28,670 nucleotides of DNA from an uncultured Oligoflexus sp. (GCA_964236955.1 CAXSGP010000060.1:1-28670), one strand, 5' to 3'. Shown: positions 1 to 8,978, counted from the stretch's first letter. Numbers and translations: made by a program. The notes: generated from the letters alone by a model not told the origin.

Positions 1-7
1 AAGTAAA

Positions 8-45
8 GATCTACAGTTGAGCGTATTTAGTGTCAACTTTTTTTT
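8..45 (-). promoter_or_regulatory. Possible sigma70 promoter firing leftwards out of the window (alternatively a + strand terminator hairpin)
   Basis: Minus strand reads A-tract, TTGACA (31-36), 17 nt, TAGATC (8-13). The same bases form AGTTGA/TCAACT plus a T-run on the + strand, so the role is ambiguous. Confidence 0.35.
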
Positions 46-159
46 CGAAGAAAATTACACTTAGCACTTGGATTGATTTTTTAAATTGCATCTTCTAGTA
101 TGGACCGACCGTACGGGTTCATACGGGCCTATTACGATTCGAAAGGTGGTTTTTCTCAT

Positions 160-477
160 ATGACAGTCATTAAGCGTAGCCGCGCCAATACCAGCCAAGA
201 CCTGGCCGCCGCCATCGAGAAACTCTGCCCCATGCTTGAGATTCAAAAAGAATTCGATGCTGTGCGTGACTTACAGCTGGCTGCAGAAACGTTACGACAT
301 ATGCCTGAAGGCTCAAAAGAACATAAGGGCGCTGTCGACACGATCATTGATGCCTTTGAAGGCGATCACGAACTCATGGCTTATACCCATCAGCGGGATA
401 CCGATCAATGGACGGAAGTGGAAGAGCTCTCTCATCAGAGCTCCCGCGTGCTCAATCTCGCACGTCGTCTCCGCTAA
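160..477 (+). CDS. Hypothetical small alpha-helical protein (~105 aa)
   Basis: ORF 100..477. SD-like AAAGGTGG (142-149) precedes the in-frame ATG at 160. Amphipathic helical pattern, no recognised motif. Confidence 0.7.
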   Translation: MTVIKRSRANTSQDLAAAIEKLCPMLEIQKEFDAVRDLQLAAETLRHMPEGSKEHKGAVDTIIDAFEGDHELMAYTHQRDTDQWTEVEELSHQSSRVLNLARRLR

Positions 478-666
478 ATCAGCCTTAGATAACTTGACTG
501 ACTTTAATGTTTTCCTATCTGCCGCCTAAAATATAGGGCTTATGATCGTTTCTCTTTCAACTTTCGCTCTTCTACTGTGCCACTTTGCTGACTTCTAACT
601 GGGAACGTAAAGCTCTTTTGGTGGCCTTTTGTTTTCGATTCCCAATCAAACCCCAAAGGTGACACC

Positions 667-1659
667 ATTAGTACACAACCCACGCCAGACACCAGTTCCC
701 TAAAAATCGACTCCTTTCTCTATTCATGTTTTGAATTTGAGCAAACCTGCAAAGCTTTCCCGGGCAAAGCCATTGGTCCTGAGCGCTGGCCCGCAACGGT
801 GCAGCTTATCGAGGGACAACGCACAAGTTTTGAAGAACTTGGCCCACTTCCCGACCAGATGGAAGCAGCTTTAAAATGGTACATCACTCAATTTCCCGCT
901 TTGATTAATGGCGATAAAATCGAAATGGAAAATATTGGCGAACTTGCTGCCGGTATCGTTTACTTCGGCTTGGATCTGCGCCTTTTGGCCAGCAAAGACT
1001 CCAACGCTCTGGAAAGTCTCAGCAGTGAGAGTGGCGGCCTATGGGTGGAAATCGACCGACTTATCGCGGCGCATGCTCCTAATTATGCTCATTACTTTGG
1101 CTCCTACCTGCGTTGGGTCTACGTCAAAACCGAAGAAAAATACTGGGAGGCGGGCAGCCGTCCGCCTGTGGGTCGGTATACTCCGGGAGCGCGTCGCGGC
1201 CGTCCCTATGGTGCTGCTAGTTCCACTTTTGGTTCGGGTCCACGGCGCGGCGGACCCGGCGCTAAGCAAGGCGGAGATCGTGACCGCGGTCCAAGACGAG
1301 ACAACGGGGACAGAGGCCCTCGCAGTGGAGGCGGAGGAAGGGATCGTCCCGATCGTGGGGGAAGCAGCGATCGGGGTGAGCGCAGCCGCCGTCCCGCTTC
1401 GGCTGACCCCGCCTTAGGCCGCAATTCCCATGCCGATCAGGAAGAGGCAGCGTTGGAATCGGTACAGCAGGCCATAGCTAAACTGCGCAGCGAAGCATCG
1501 GTGAGTGAAATACGCCTCGACCCTTCCAACTCCTTTTTTCGCCGTTTGCAGCATAAAAAAGCGGTTTCTGAAGGCTTTTTTTCCTTTTCGACCGGCGAAG
1601 GCAGCGGTCGTTCCGTCGTCGTGACCCGCGACAAGCCGGAACACGAGGACGGCGTATGA
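667..1659 (+). CDS. R3H-domain nucleic-acid-binding protein with an Arg/Gly/Asp-rich low-complexity linker
   Basis: C-terminal IRLDPSNSFFRRLQH...SFSTGEGSGRSVVV fits the R3H (RxxxH, S.GEG..R.VVV) pattern. The frame is open from 592. SD AAAGGTGA (655-662) precedes an in-frame ATT at 667; the ORF track starts at GTG 799. Confidence 0.8.
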   Translation: MSTQPTPDTSSLKIDSFLYSCFEFEQTCKAFPGKAIGPERWPATVQLIEGQRTSFEELGPLPDQMEAALKWYITQFPALINGDKIEMENIGELAAGIVYFGLDLRLLASKDSNALESLSSESGGLWVEIDRLIAAHAPNYAHYFGSYLRWVYVKTEEKYWEAGSRPPVGRYTPGARRGRPYGAASSTFGSGPRRGGPGAKQGGDRDRGPRRDNGDRGPRSGGGGRDRPDRGGSSDRGERSRRPASADPALGRNSHADQEEAALESVQQAIAKLRSEASVSEIRLDPSNSFFRRLQHKKAVSEGFFSFSTGEGSGRSVVVTRDKPEHEDGV

Positions 1660-2414
1660 GTTCACTGGCGATCACCGGCGCCTCCTCAGGCATCGGCCAA
1701 GCCATTGCCGAAGTGTATGCCCGTAAGGGTTACGATATTTTTCTTGGCGCTCGCCGCACGGAAAAACTCGAGCTTTTAAGCCCTAAACTCCTCACGTTGG
1801 GCGCCAGATCTGTGCATTTTCAGACGCTCGATGTGCGCTCCGACGCTTCGGTTACAGCCTGGACTGGGGAAGCCTTCCGGCTCTACCCAAACATCGATAT
1901 CCTTATCAACAATGCCGGCTTGGTTTTAGGCGCTGATACGATAGAGTCGGGCAAAATCGACGATTGGGTGACGATCTTCGATACCAATGTCCTCGGCGTC
2001 CTGCGGCTTTGTCGGCAGTTTATTCCGAAATTAAAAGCCAACGCTCATGGTCATATCGTAATGATTGGCTCGATCTCGGGCCATCAGGTTTATGAAGGCG
2101 GCGGCCCCTACTGCGCAAGCAAATTTAGCGTCAAGGCCCTTACCGCAACTCTTAAACTCGAGTTGAACGGCACGGGTTTACGGGTAAGTTCCATCGATCC
2201 CGGCATGGTCGAAACGGAATTTTCCGAGGTTCGCTTCAAAGGCGATAAGGATAGGGCTAAGCTTGTTTATAAGGGACTTAGCCCGCTGCAGGCCCTTGAT
2301 GTGGCCGAGGCCGTGCAGTTTGTCACCTCACGACCCGCCCATGTGAACATCGACAGTATCATTATCATGCCAACCGATCAGGCTAGTGTTTCCAAGGTCC
2401 ATCGCCAACCATAA
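1656..2414 (+). CDS. SDR-family NAD(P)-dependent oxidoreductase (YdfG-like)
   Basis: TGASSGIG, INNAG, YCASK catalytic motif, PGMVETEFS.VRF.GD, P.HVNI. 4-nt ATGA overlap with the upstream gene. Confidence 0.92.
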   Translation: MSSLAITGASSGIGQAIAEVYARKGYDIFLGARRTEKLELLSPKLLTLGARSVHFQTLDVRSDASVTAWTGEAFRLYPNIDILINNAGLVLGADTIESGKIDDWVTIFDTNVLGVLRLCRQFIPKLKANAHGHIVMIGSISGHQVYEGGGPYCASKFSVKALTATLKLELNGTGLRVSSIDPGMVETEFSEVRFKGDKDRAKLVYKGLSPLQALDVAEAVQFVTSRPAHVNIDSIIIMPTDQASVSKVHRQP

Positions 2415-2421
2415 AATGGCG

Positions 2422-2455
2422 AAGAGAAGGCCTCCTTTGCCTTCTCTTTTACTTT
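2422..2455 (+). terminator. Intrinsic terminator between the convergent SDR and FAH genes
   Basis: AAGAGAAGGC-ctccttt-GCCTTCTCTT, a perfect 10-bp stem followed by TTACTTT. Confidence 0.75.
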
Positions 2456-2488
2456 GAGCATAAAGCCAGCACCTGAGCGCTCGCACAC

Positions 2489-3478
2489 TCAGGCCTTGAA
2501 CTTGGGTGGGACAACTTTCTGCTCGATTGCTCCAAAAATACACTCACCTTCCGCATTCTTCATTTCTATACGAACCGTATCGCCGTGCTTTAAAAACTCT
2601 GTGACCGCGGCACCTGTGTCGATCTGCTCAAGGACCCGGCGCTCGGCGAGACAAGACGATCCGCGGCTTCTATTTTCATTGGAAACCGTACCGCTGCCGA
2701 GAATAGTGCCTGCCGTAAAGCTGCGGGTCTTCGCGATGTGGGCAATCAATTCAAAAAATGAAAAATGCATCTCAGGCCCGGCGTTCGGATCTCCAAAAAG
2801 TTTGCCGTTCAGATGCGTGACGAGCGGCAAATGAATGCGCCCCTCCTGCCAGGCTGCGCCCAGCTCGTCGGGCGTTACGACAAAGGGAGAAAATGCAGTG
2901 GCCGGTTTGGATTGAAAGAAACCAAAACCCTTAAGCAGTTCAGCAGGGATTAGATTGCGAAGGGAGACGTCATTGACGAGCCCTATCAAACGCACATACT
3001 GAGGCGCGTCGGCCACCGTCACACCCTGCGGTGTATCACCTAGCAGGACCGCCACCTCCGATTCAAAGTCACAGCCCCAACTGATATCCTCGAGAATAAT
3101 ATCATCTTTAGCGCCCAACATAATGCCGGAGCCGCCCTGATAAATCAAAGGATCGGTCCTTAAAGTCTCCGGAGGAACAGCGCCTCGCGCTTTGCGAACC
3201 AAAACGATATGGTGAATATACGACGAGGCATCGATCCACTCATAGGCGCGTGGCAAAGGCGCTTTCCATTCGAGGCTCGCTGCGGCCACTCCATAAAGCC
3301 TGTCGCTCTCGAGGCGCCTGGCGATCTCCTGGAGCGAAGCGTGAAGCTCCGCCCAATGATCGAGCGCAAACTGCAGGGTCGGAATCCCTGCACCCGCTTC
3401 CACGCAGCGGCCGAGATCGCGACTGACGACCATCAATTGCCCATCGCGGGTACCGTTATTCTTTGTGCCTAGCTTCAT
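2489..3478 (-). CDS. Fumarylacetoacetate hydrolase family protein
   Basis: N-terminal RDGQLMVVSRDL, APLPRAYEWIDASSY, DFESEVAV, NDVSLRNLIPAEL.KGFGFFQSKP, GSGTVSN. Confidence 0.9.
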   Translation of the reverse strand: MKLGTKNNGTRDGQLMVVSRDLGRCVEAGAGIPTLQFALDHWAELHASLQEIARRLESDRLYGVAAASLEWKAPLPRAYEWIDASSYIHHIVLVRKARGAVPPETLRTDPLIYQGGSGIMLGAKDDIILEDISWGCDFESEVAVLLGDTPQGVTVADAPQYVRLIGLVNDVSLRNLIPAELLKGFGFFQSKPATAFSPFVVTPDELGAAWQEGRIHLPLVTHLNGKLFGDPNAGPEMHFSFFELIAHIAKTRSFTAGTILGSGTVSNENRSRGSSCLAERRVLEQIDTGAAVTEFLKHGDTVRIEMKNAEGECIFGAIEQKVVPPKFKA

Positions 3479-3508
3479 TTGGCCTTACTCCTTGGCGACG
3501 TCTGGTGC

Positions 3509-4264
3509 TTACTTTTCGAGCCCGACGGCTTGCTTCAGATTCAAAATTTCTGCCGAAGTCAGCTGCCGATAATCGCCCGGAGCCAATTCATCTGGCAAGG
3601 CCAAATCCCCAAAAGCCATACGGATCAACCGAACGACTCGGCCATCGAAAAATTCGAAAGTTCGGCGAACGATACGGTTGCGCCCTTCCCTTACTTTAAT
3701 AATGTAGTAGGCACCACGCGTATTCCCAAGATCCACGCTTTGCAGAAACTGCAGCTCGGCGCCTTGAGTGGGGCCGTCATCGAGGGTGATTCCCTGTCGG
3801 ATCGCCTTCTCTTCGTCGGGCTTTAAACGCTTACTGAACAGGACCTGATAGCTTCGGGTGATTTTATAGCTGGGATGGGTCAAACGATGCACAAGTTCGC
3901 CATCGTTGGATAGGAGCAAAAGACCTTCCGTCCGATAATCGAGCCGACCGATGGGATTCAAAAGAAATTTCACGTGGCGCAGCGCCGGCAGATCAAAGAT
4001 GGTGATCTTGCCGTCTTCGCGCTGCCGACTGGTCAAGGTCAGATCAGGTTTATGCAACATCCAGTAAACGCGTGGGGGCTGACGATCTTGAACAAGCTTT
4101 CCATCGACAGTGACCTGGTCCGACTCAGGTTGGATCTTTGTCCCCGGCTCGCGCACCACCTTGCCGTTGATGCTGATCCGGCCCTCGAGAAGCATCTTCT
4201 CCGCTTCTCTCCGCGAGGCTATCCCCAACTGGGAAAGCCACTTCTGTATTCTCATGTCCGTCAC
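3509..4264 (-). CDS. rluB: rRNA pseudouridine synthase, RluB/RsuA family
   Basis: S4 domain (RIQKWLSQLGIASRREAE), catalytic GRLDYRTEGLLLL, EGRNRIVRR; conserved position after scpB. Start uncertain: TTG 4285, GTG 4264 (has AAGGA SD) or ATG 4255. Confidence 0.9.
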   Translation of the reverse strand: MTDMRIQKWLSQLGIASRREAEKMLLEGRISINGKVVREPGTKIQPESDQVTVDGKLVQDRQPPRVYWMLHKPDLTLTSRQREDGKITIFDLPALRHVKFLLNPIGRLDYRTEGLLLLSNDGELVHRLTHPSYKITRSYQVLFSKRLKPDEEKAIRQGITLDDGPTQGAELQFLQSVDLGNTRGAYYIIKVREGRNRIVRRTFEFFDGRVVRLIRMAFGDLALPDELAPGDYRQLTSAEILNLKQAVGLEK

Positions 4265-5759
4265 TGGGGAATCCTTCGTTGTCAAATATGCCGCCAGATC
4301 TGCGTACTTTACTGGCGCTCTGGGCTATCGATTCAGAACCGTCCCCTCTTACCTCAAAAACGCCGCCAGATTTAGCAAAATCGCTCGAAAGATCCGTCGA
4401 AACCTGAGGGCGCGTCCGCCCGTCATCGCCGATAAAATCCTCAACATCAATGTCGTAATCCGGCTGCTCAATCTTTTGAAAGGCATCGAGAATCGCTGCC
4501 GATGCTGGCTGAAAGGCCGATAATGGCGGCAAATCATTAAGAGATTGGATGCGGAACACCCGCATAAATTCGGTCGTTGTTCCAAACAGCATAGGTCGCC
4601 CTGAATCCTCTTTGCGGCCGACGCAGGCCACTAAATCACGTTCCAAAAGGTTTTTAATAATACTGCCGGCATCGACGCCGCGAATAAATTCGATATCGGC
4701 TCGGGTGCAGGGCTGTCGATACGCAATAATAGCCAAAGTTTCATGGGCCGCACGCGACAAGGGCCTTTGCCGCGACGAAAACATTTTTTCCATAATAGGG
4801 GCTGCCGCCGGAACGGTTCGAAATTGATATCCAGCACCTTTGTCGTATTCCAGACGAAAGCCGCCATTTCGCTCCTTGTAAAGCCGCAAAAGCTGCTGAA
4901 CGATGGCGTCAATCACCCCCGCCTCGGGACCGTCGCCATCGTCATCAGCGAGCGTTTGAGCGATTTCCGAAATGGCGATCGGTTTCGGTGTAGCAAAGAG
5001 AATGGCTTCGACCTGAGCCTCAAGATTGATCGCTTCGTCCCAACGCATCAGCCCCTGACGCTCATCGGTAACGATCTCCGGCTCAATCGGATCCTCTTTC
5101 GGATAAGGCGCAGCCTCGTCGGCGCTGATCACCGCGTCTGCGGCGGACGCTCCGCTTCGCAGAAGGCTCTGCAAATCGGCGTCGTGCGCTTGGCTTTTTT
5201 TGCTCTTGGACTTGCCTTTGGTCTTTGGCACAGCGTCCGCGGCGGTCGCCTCCTGAAAGCGGTCGGCGAGGCTTTCGCCATAGGCTAAAAGCTGTTCCAC
5301 ATCGCTTGCACCTTCGGCCGCGTCTAGCGGCTCGCCGGCATCGGTCATGGGCGTGCGGGGTTCAGGAGCTGGGGTTGCCGGAGTGTCGGCAAACTCAACG
5401 ACGTTGGTATCGCCTTCAGGCGTCGCGGAACGCCCGGGATCTTGGCCCTTTGATTTGTCGTGGCGCCGCGTTCTGGCCTTGTTGTTCGCTCGCTCCGAAG
5501 GGGGAGGGGAATCTTCGGGAGCGGCGCCAAGCACCAAGCTATCCTCGCCGATCCCAGCGCCCGAGGTGAGGTCTGGATTAAACTCTTCGGCCCAACGCTC
5601 GGCCCGCTCCAAAAACTTGGCGTCAAGTTCAGGTTCCGCTTCGTCATCTGCCGCCCCAGGCTTGTCACGGGGATGGGCCGCAGCATCATGATCGTCCTTG
5701 GCATCACGGTCTTTCGGTTTCTGACCCTTTTCGTCCAAAATATCCTTTGCATCAGCCAA
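4125..5759 (-). CDS. scpB: SMC-Scp complex subunit ScpB with long acidic N- and C-terminal extensions
   Basis: EAILFA, GYQFRT, LSRAAHETLAIIAYRQP.TRADIE.IRGV, GRPMLFGTT.EF...F....L.DLP; follows scpA. Confidence 0.93.
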   Translation of the reverse strand: MADAKDILDEKGQKPKDRDAKDDHDAAAHPRDKPGAADDEAEPELDAKFLERAERWAEEFNPDLTSGAGIGEDSLVLGAAPEDSPPPSERANNKARTRRHDKSKGQDPGRSATPEGDTNVVEFADTPATPAPEPRTPMTDAGEPLDAAEGASDVEQLLAYGESLADRFQEATAADAVPKTKGKSKSKKSQAHDADLQSLLRSGASAADAVISADEAAPYPKEDPIEPEIVTDERQGLMRWDEAINLEAQVEAILFATPKPIAISEIAQTLADDDGDGPEAGVIDAIVQQLLRLYKERNGGFRLEYDKGAGYQFRTVPAAAPIMEKMFSSRQRPLSRAAHETLAIIAYRQPCTRADIEFIRGVDAGSIIKNLLERDLVACVGRKEDSGRPMLFGTTTEFMRVFRIQSLNDLPPLSAFQPASAAILDAFQKIEQPDYDIDVEDFIGDDGRTRPQVSTDLSSDFAKSGGVFEVRGDGSESIAQSASKVRRSGGIFDNEGFPSDGHENTEVAFPVGDSLAERSGEDASRGPDQHQRQGGARAGDKDPT

Positions 5760-5821
5760 GACTTATACCTCTTCATAGCGAATGATTGAGAACCCGCCGC
5801 CTGTCCCCACGGGCCATGCGG

Positions 5822-6649
5822 CTAGCCGCGGGAAACGGTCTCGACCGGCGCACCTTCGGGACTTCTCTCAAGGATTTTATCCGTGATTTGCAGAGGCAAC
5901 TGGCTCCTGTCGAGATCGCTGCGATAGATCCACACAGGACCGTTGGCGACCTCTTGATAGACCTTTAATTGACCGGACTTACAAAGCTCAAGAGCGGCAA
6001 GAATATAGATGACCAGCTCATAGCGGGATTGAAAGTTCTTATAAAATCCTTGAAACAAGGCAAAATTCACGTTTTCTATTAGCTTAGCCAGCTCTTTGAT
6101 TTTGTCCTCAAGCGTGACCAGATGCGTCGTCGCCTCGACCCTTGCTGGCGGTTTGCGGTTGGCCAGAGTCTGAAGCATCTGCTCATAGAGGATGACGAGC
6201 GACGAAGGATCGCCGATCAAAGGCGCCTCGATATCCTCATATAGCGGCAAAAGACGCTGCCATTCCATCGAGGAACGAATCTGCACTCCAAATTGAGGCT
6301 TGATCGCCAGATGCTCGCCGACGCGTTTAAAGAGCTCGTATTGGATCAACTGCTCCTGCAGGGAATAACGGGGATCATCCTCTTTGAGGGGACCCTCGTC
6401 GGGCTTGTTTTCTTGCCCCGGCAAAAGCATCTTTGATTTAATTTCAATGAGAGTCGCAGCCATCTCAATAAATTCGCCGGCATCGGCGAGATCGTCATAT
6501 TTGAGGATACGCAGATAGACAAGGTACTGCTGGGTAAGCTTAAAGATATCGATATTAAAAATGTCGATCTCATTGACTCGAATCAGATGCAAAAGAAGGT
6601 CGAGAGGGCCCTCGAATGGATCGAGCTTCAAATAATATTGATTTGTCAT
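5822..6649 (-). CDS. scpA: Segregation and condensation protein A (kleisin)
   Basis: FEGPLDLLLHLI, QYL.YL, EFIEMAATLIEIKSKMLLP, LAALEL. Confidence 0.95.
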   Translation of the reverse strand: MTNQYYLKLDPFEGPLDLLLHLIRVNEIDIFNIDIFKLTQQYLVYLRILKYDDLADAGEFIEMAATLIEIKSKMLLPGQENKPDEGPLKEDDPRYSLQEQLIQYELFKRVGEHLAIKPQFGVQIRSSMEWQRLLPLYEDIEAPLIGDPSSLVILYEQMLQTLANRKPPARVEATTHLVTLEDKIKELAKLIENVNFALFQGFYKNFQSRYELVIYILAALELCKSGQLKVYQEVANGPVWIYRSDLDRSQLPLQITDKILERSPEGAPVETVSRG

Positions 6650-6884
6650 TAGAGGCTGTTCCCTTGCCGCTTACGAGCAAACTTGTGACGGTACCGGATT
6701 TTAGCTGAAACTTAAGTTTTGCTCCAGCTTTAAGGAAGTTCCCGATTCTTTCTTGAAAGCCAAATGATTTTAATCGGTTAAATCCAAAAGCTGAGGCCTC
6801 GGCTCGGGCAGAGGTGAATATCTAAGGCTTGCAGGACCTTAGACCATCTGGCATACAACAGGTTTTAGAGGAAGAGGGGGTCCG

Positions 6885-8978
6885 GTGAACGCACAAGAAT
6901 TTCTCGAGCAATGGCGTCAGTTGCCCTACGCGAAAGCTTTTGAGCGGCAGGCTGACTTTCCTATTGGCATGACTCCAAAGGCAAAGACCGAGATCCTGTC
7001 TCGTTTTTACCCTAGCTACCCACTGCTGCCCATCGAGTTTCTCAAGGATTATCCCGACTCTATCGAGGCCGGCTTTGAGCGGCCCATCGCCCACTCCTTT
7101 TTGTCGAGTGGCACCTCGCAACGCGATCGCTCCCGCTCCTCATTCTCCTGGGAAGGGATGAATCTTTATCGCGAATTTTCCTTACTTAGTTTTCGGGCGA
7201 TGCTTGCCAATTTTTTTCCGGTGGAACCGCCCTCGGCCGGATATAGCTTTATTCCCAATACCAAAGAATGGCCGAGCTCAAGTCTTGCGCAAATGGTGGA
7301 ATGGATCGGCCAAGATTTTCCCCTTCACTATTGGAATCCCACGCTAGCTCTGCCGAGGGATCAAGCGGTCTGGCTTTTTGCCACGGGATTTCATATTGTC
7401 TCCTTTGCGGACGAGGGCGGCTTTTTTCCTTTGCCGCCGGGCAGCATCGTCATTGAAACGGGCGGCACCAAAGGCAAGACGCGCTCGGTGACGCGTGAGG
7501 AATGTTATAGCCTTATCGAACAATGTTTTGCCGTTGATCGCAATCATATCGTCAGTGAATACGGAATGTGTGAGCTGGCCAGTCAGGCCTATGATTTTGT
7601 CAGCGAACCGAACGGCCGCATACTCGCTCTGGACGAGCGCTGGTTTCGTTTCCCTGTCTGGGCGCAAACCAAAATTTTGACGGCCGATCAAACCATTGCT
7701 GCGGCAGGCGATGGCAGCCTTGTTGTCGATGACCGCATTCGCATCGATATAGGGACTCCATTTCGCACTGAAGATCGCGTACGCCTTGGCGAGGATGGGG
7801 CCTTTCAACTGCAGGGAAGGGTGGCGTTTAGCCCCCTCAAGGGCTGCTCTCTCTTGGCTGAAGACATTCTCAAGACAGTGCCAAAGGGCAGGCTTAGGCC
7901 AGAGGATCTCAGGATAAAATCATCAAGTCTGACCTCAAAAGCCGCGCCTGGGCGAGCCGCCGAGATTCATCACCGCACGCAATTCATGCTCCGGGATCCC
8001 AACTTCCGGTGCTTGATCCAGCGCAGTTTAGGTCAAGACCAATTGGTCAGCTGGTGGCTCGAGGATTTAAACGCCAGCGTTCCCCCTTCGACTGAGGCGT
8101 GGCTGGCGGCCGCCGACGCGGCGCAAAACAGCTGCAACTCGTGGCTTATCATCCCACCGCGCACCCATGAGTTCGCCGTCATGCACCCCCTATTTCTAGC
8201 AGCACTTCTCGATCTCCGCGTCACGGTTCGGCCGAGCCTCGACCGCGAGCTTTTAGAGTATTGGCAAACGCTCTTCAAAGGTTTTTGGAATTTTGCTATT
8301 GTGAGTTCCGACTGGCGGCTTTTACCTGGTGATCAGCCCGTGGCGGAGGGGCTTTTAATCTATGGAAGCGACGAAACCATCAAGGAATTGCAAAGCGCCA
8401 CGACCGCCAGGGTTCATGGCTTTGGCACGTGGCTGACGCTGACCCTGATCAAAGCCACAAGCTGGATGCAGGACGCCTGGGTCAAAGATGCCTTCAGCCT
8501 TAAACAGGCCGGCTGCATGAGCAGCCGCCTTCTCATCGTCTGGGATGACGAAAGGCCCTCACGTTTAGGAGCGCGAAAGGCCACGATCGGCCCTTTAACC
8601 CATGGCGATCACCTGCATCTTGCCCACAGCGAGCTGGATCTTTGCTGTCGCGGCTATAGCCTTTTGCAGCGACTGAGTCGCGACGACCTGGTCCTTGGTC
8701 ATAGAGCCTGGGCCCCAGCCGATGAGCTGGAGAGCTTACTTAGCCCTCGCCCTTTAACCTTACCTATTATCCGAGCATCACGAAAAGACCTTGGTGCTAT
8801 AAGCAAGCTTATCGAACTTAATCCGTCCTTCCAATTGGTGAGTGCCGATGCGGAAAGCCTTGACCTCTTGAAGGCCTATCCCAAGATCAAAACGGTTGCC
8901 GTGGGCAAGGCCAACACTGCTGGCTGGACCGGAGTGCATGGCGGACGGCCCGTCTTTTTTCCCGATGAGCCAACTTAA
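6885..8978 (+). CDS. Fused LuxE-like acyl-protein synthetase / LuxC-like acyl-CoA reductase
   Basis: N-half has SSGTS, IETGGTKG, SEYGMCELASQAY, TED...F.L.GR...LKGC (LuxE type). C-half has YGSDETI, HGFG, KDAFSLKQAGCMSS (LuxC type). SD GAGGGGG precedes the GTG. Confidence 0.75.
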   Translation: MNAQEFLEQWRQLPYAKAFERQADFPIGMTPKAKTEILSRFYPSYPLLPIEFLKDYPDSIEAGFERPIAHSFLSSGTSQRDRSRSSFSWEGMNLYREFSLLSFRAMLANFFPVEPPSAGYSFIPNTKEWPSSSLAQMVEWIGQDFPLHYWNPTLALPRDQAVWLFATGFHIVSFADEGGFFPLPPGSIVIETGGTKGKTRSVTREECYSLIEQCFAVDRNHIVSEYGMCELASQAYDFVSEPNGRILALDERWFRFPVWAQTKILTADQTIAAAGDGSLVVDDRIRIDIGTPFRTEDRVRLGEDGAFQLQGRVAFSPLKGCSLLAEDILKTVPKGRLRPEDLRIKSSSLTSKAAPGRAAEIHHRTQFMLRDPNFRCLIQRSLGQDQLVSWWLEDLNASVPPSTEAWLAAADAAQNSCNSWLIIPPRTHEFAVMHPLFLAALLDLRVTVRPSLDRELLEYWQTLFKGFWNFAIVSSDWRLLPGDQPVAEGLLIYGSDETIKELQSATTARVHGFGTWLTLTLIKATSWMQDAWVKDAFSLKQAGCMSSRLLIVWDDERPSRLGARKATIGPLTHGDHLHLAHSELDLCCRGYSLLQRLSRDDLVLGHRAWAPADELESLLSPRPLTLPIIRASRKDLGAISKLIELNPSFQLVSADAESLDLLKAYPKIKTVAVGKANTAGWTGVHGGRPVFFPDEPT

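Noticed and set aside
61..87. CIRCE-like TTAGCACT half site
   Set aside because: The second arm (GAGTGCTAA after N9) is absent.
6708..6719. Palindrome AAACTTAAGTTT in the divergent scpA/luxEC spacer
   Set aside because: Short, AT-rich and single-copy; it does not match the parS consensus and cannot be told from chance.
6885..8978. Bioluminescence operon
   Set aside because: No luciferase, luxD or flavin reductase genes are in the window.
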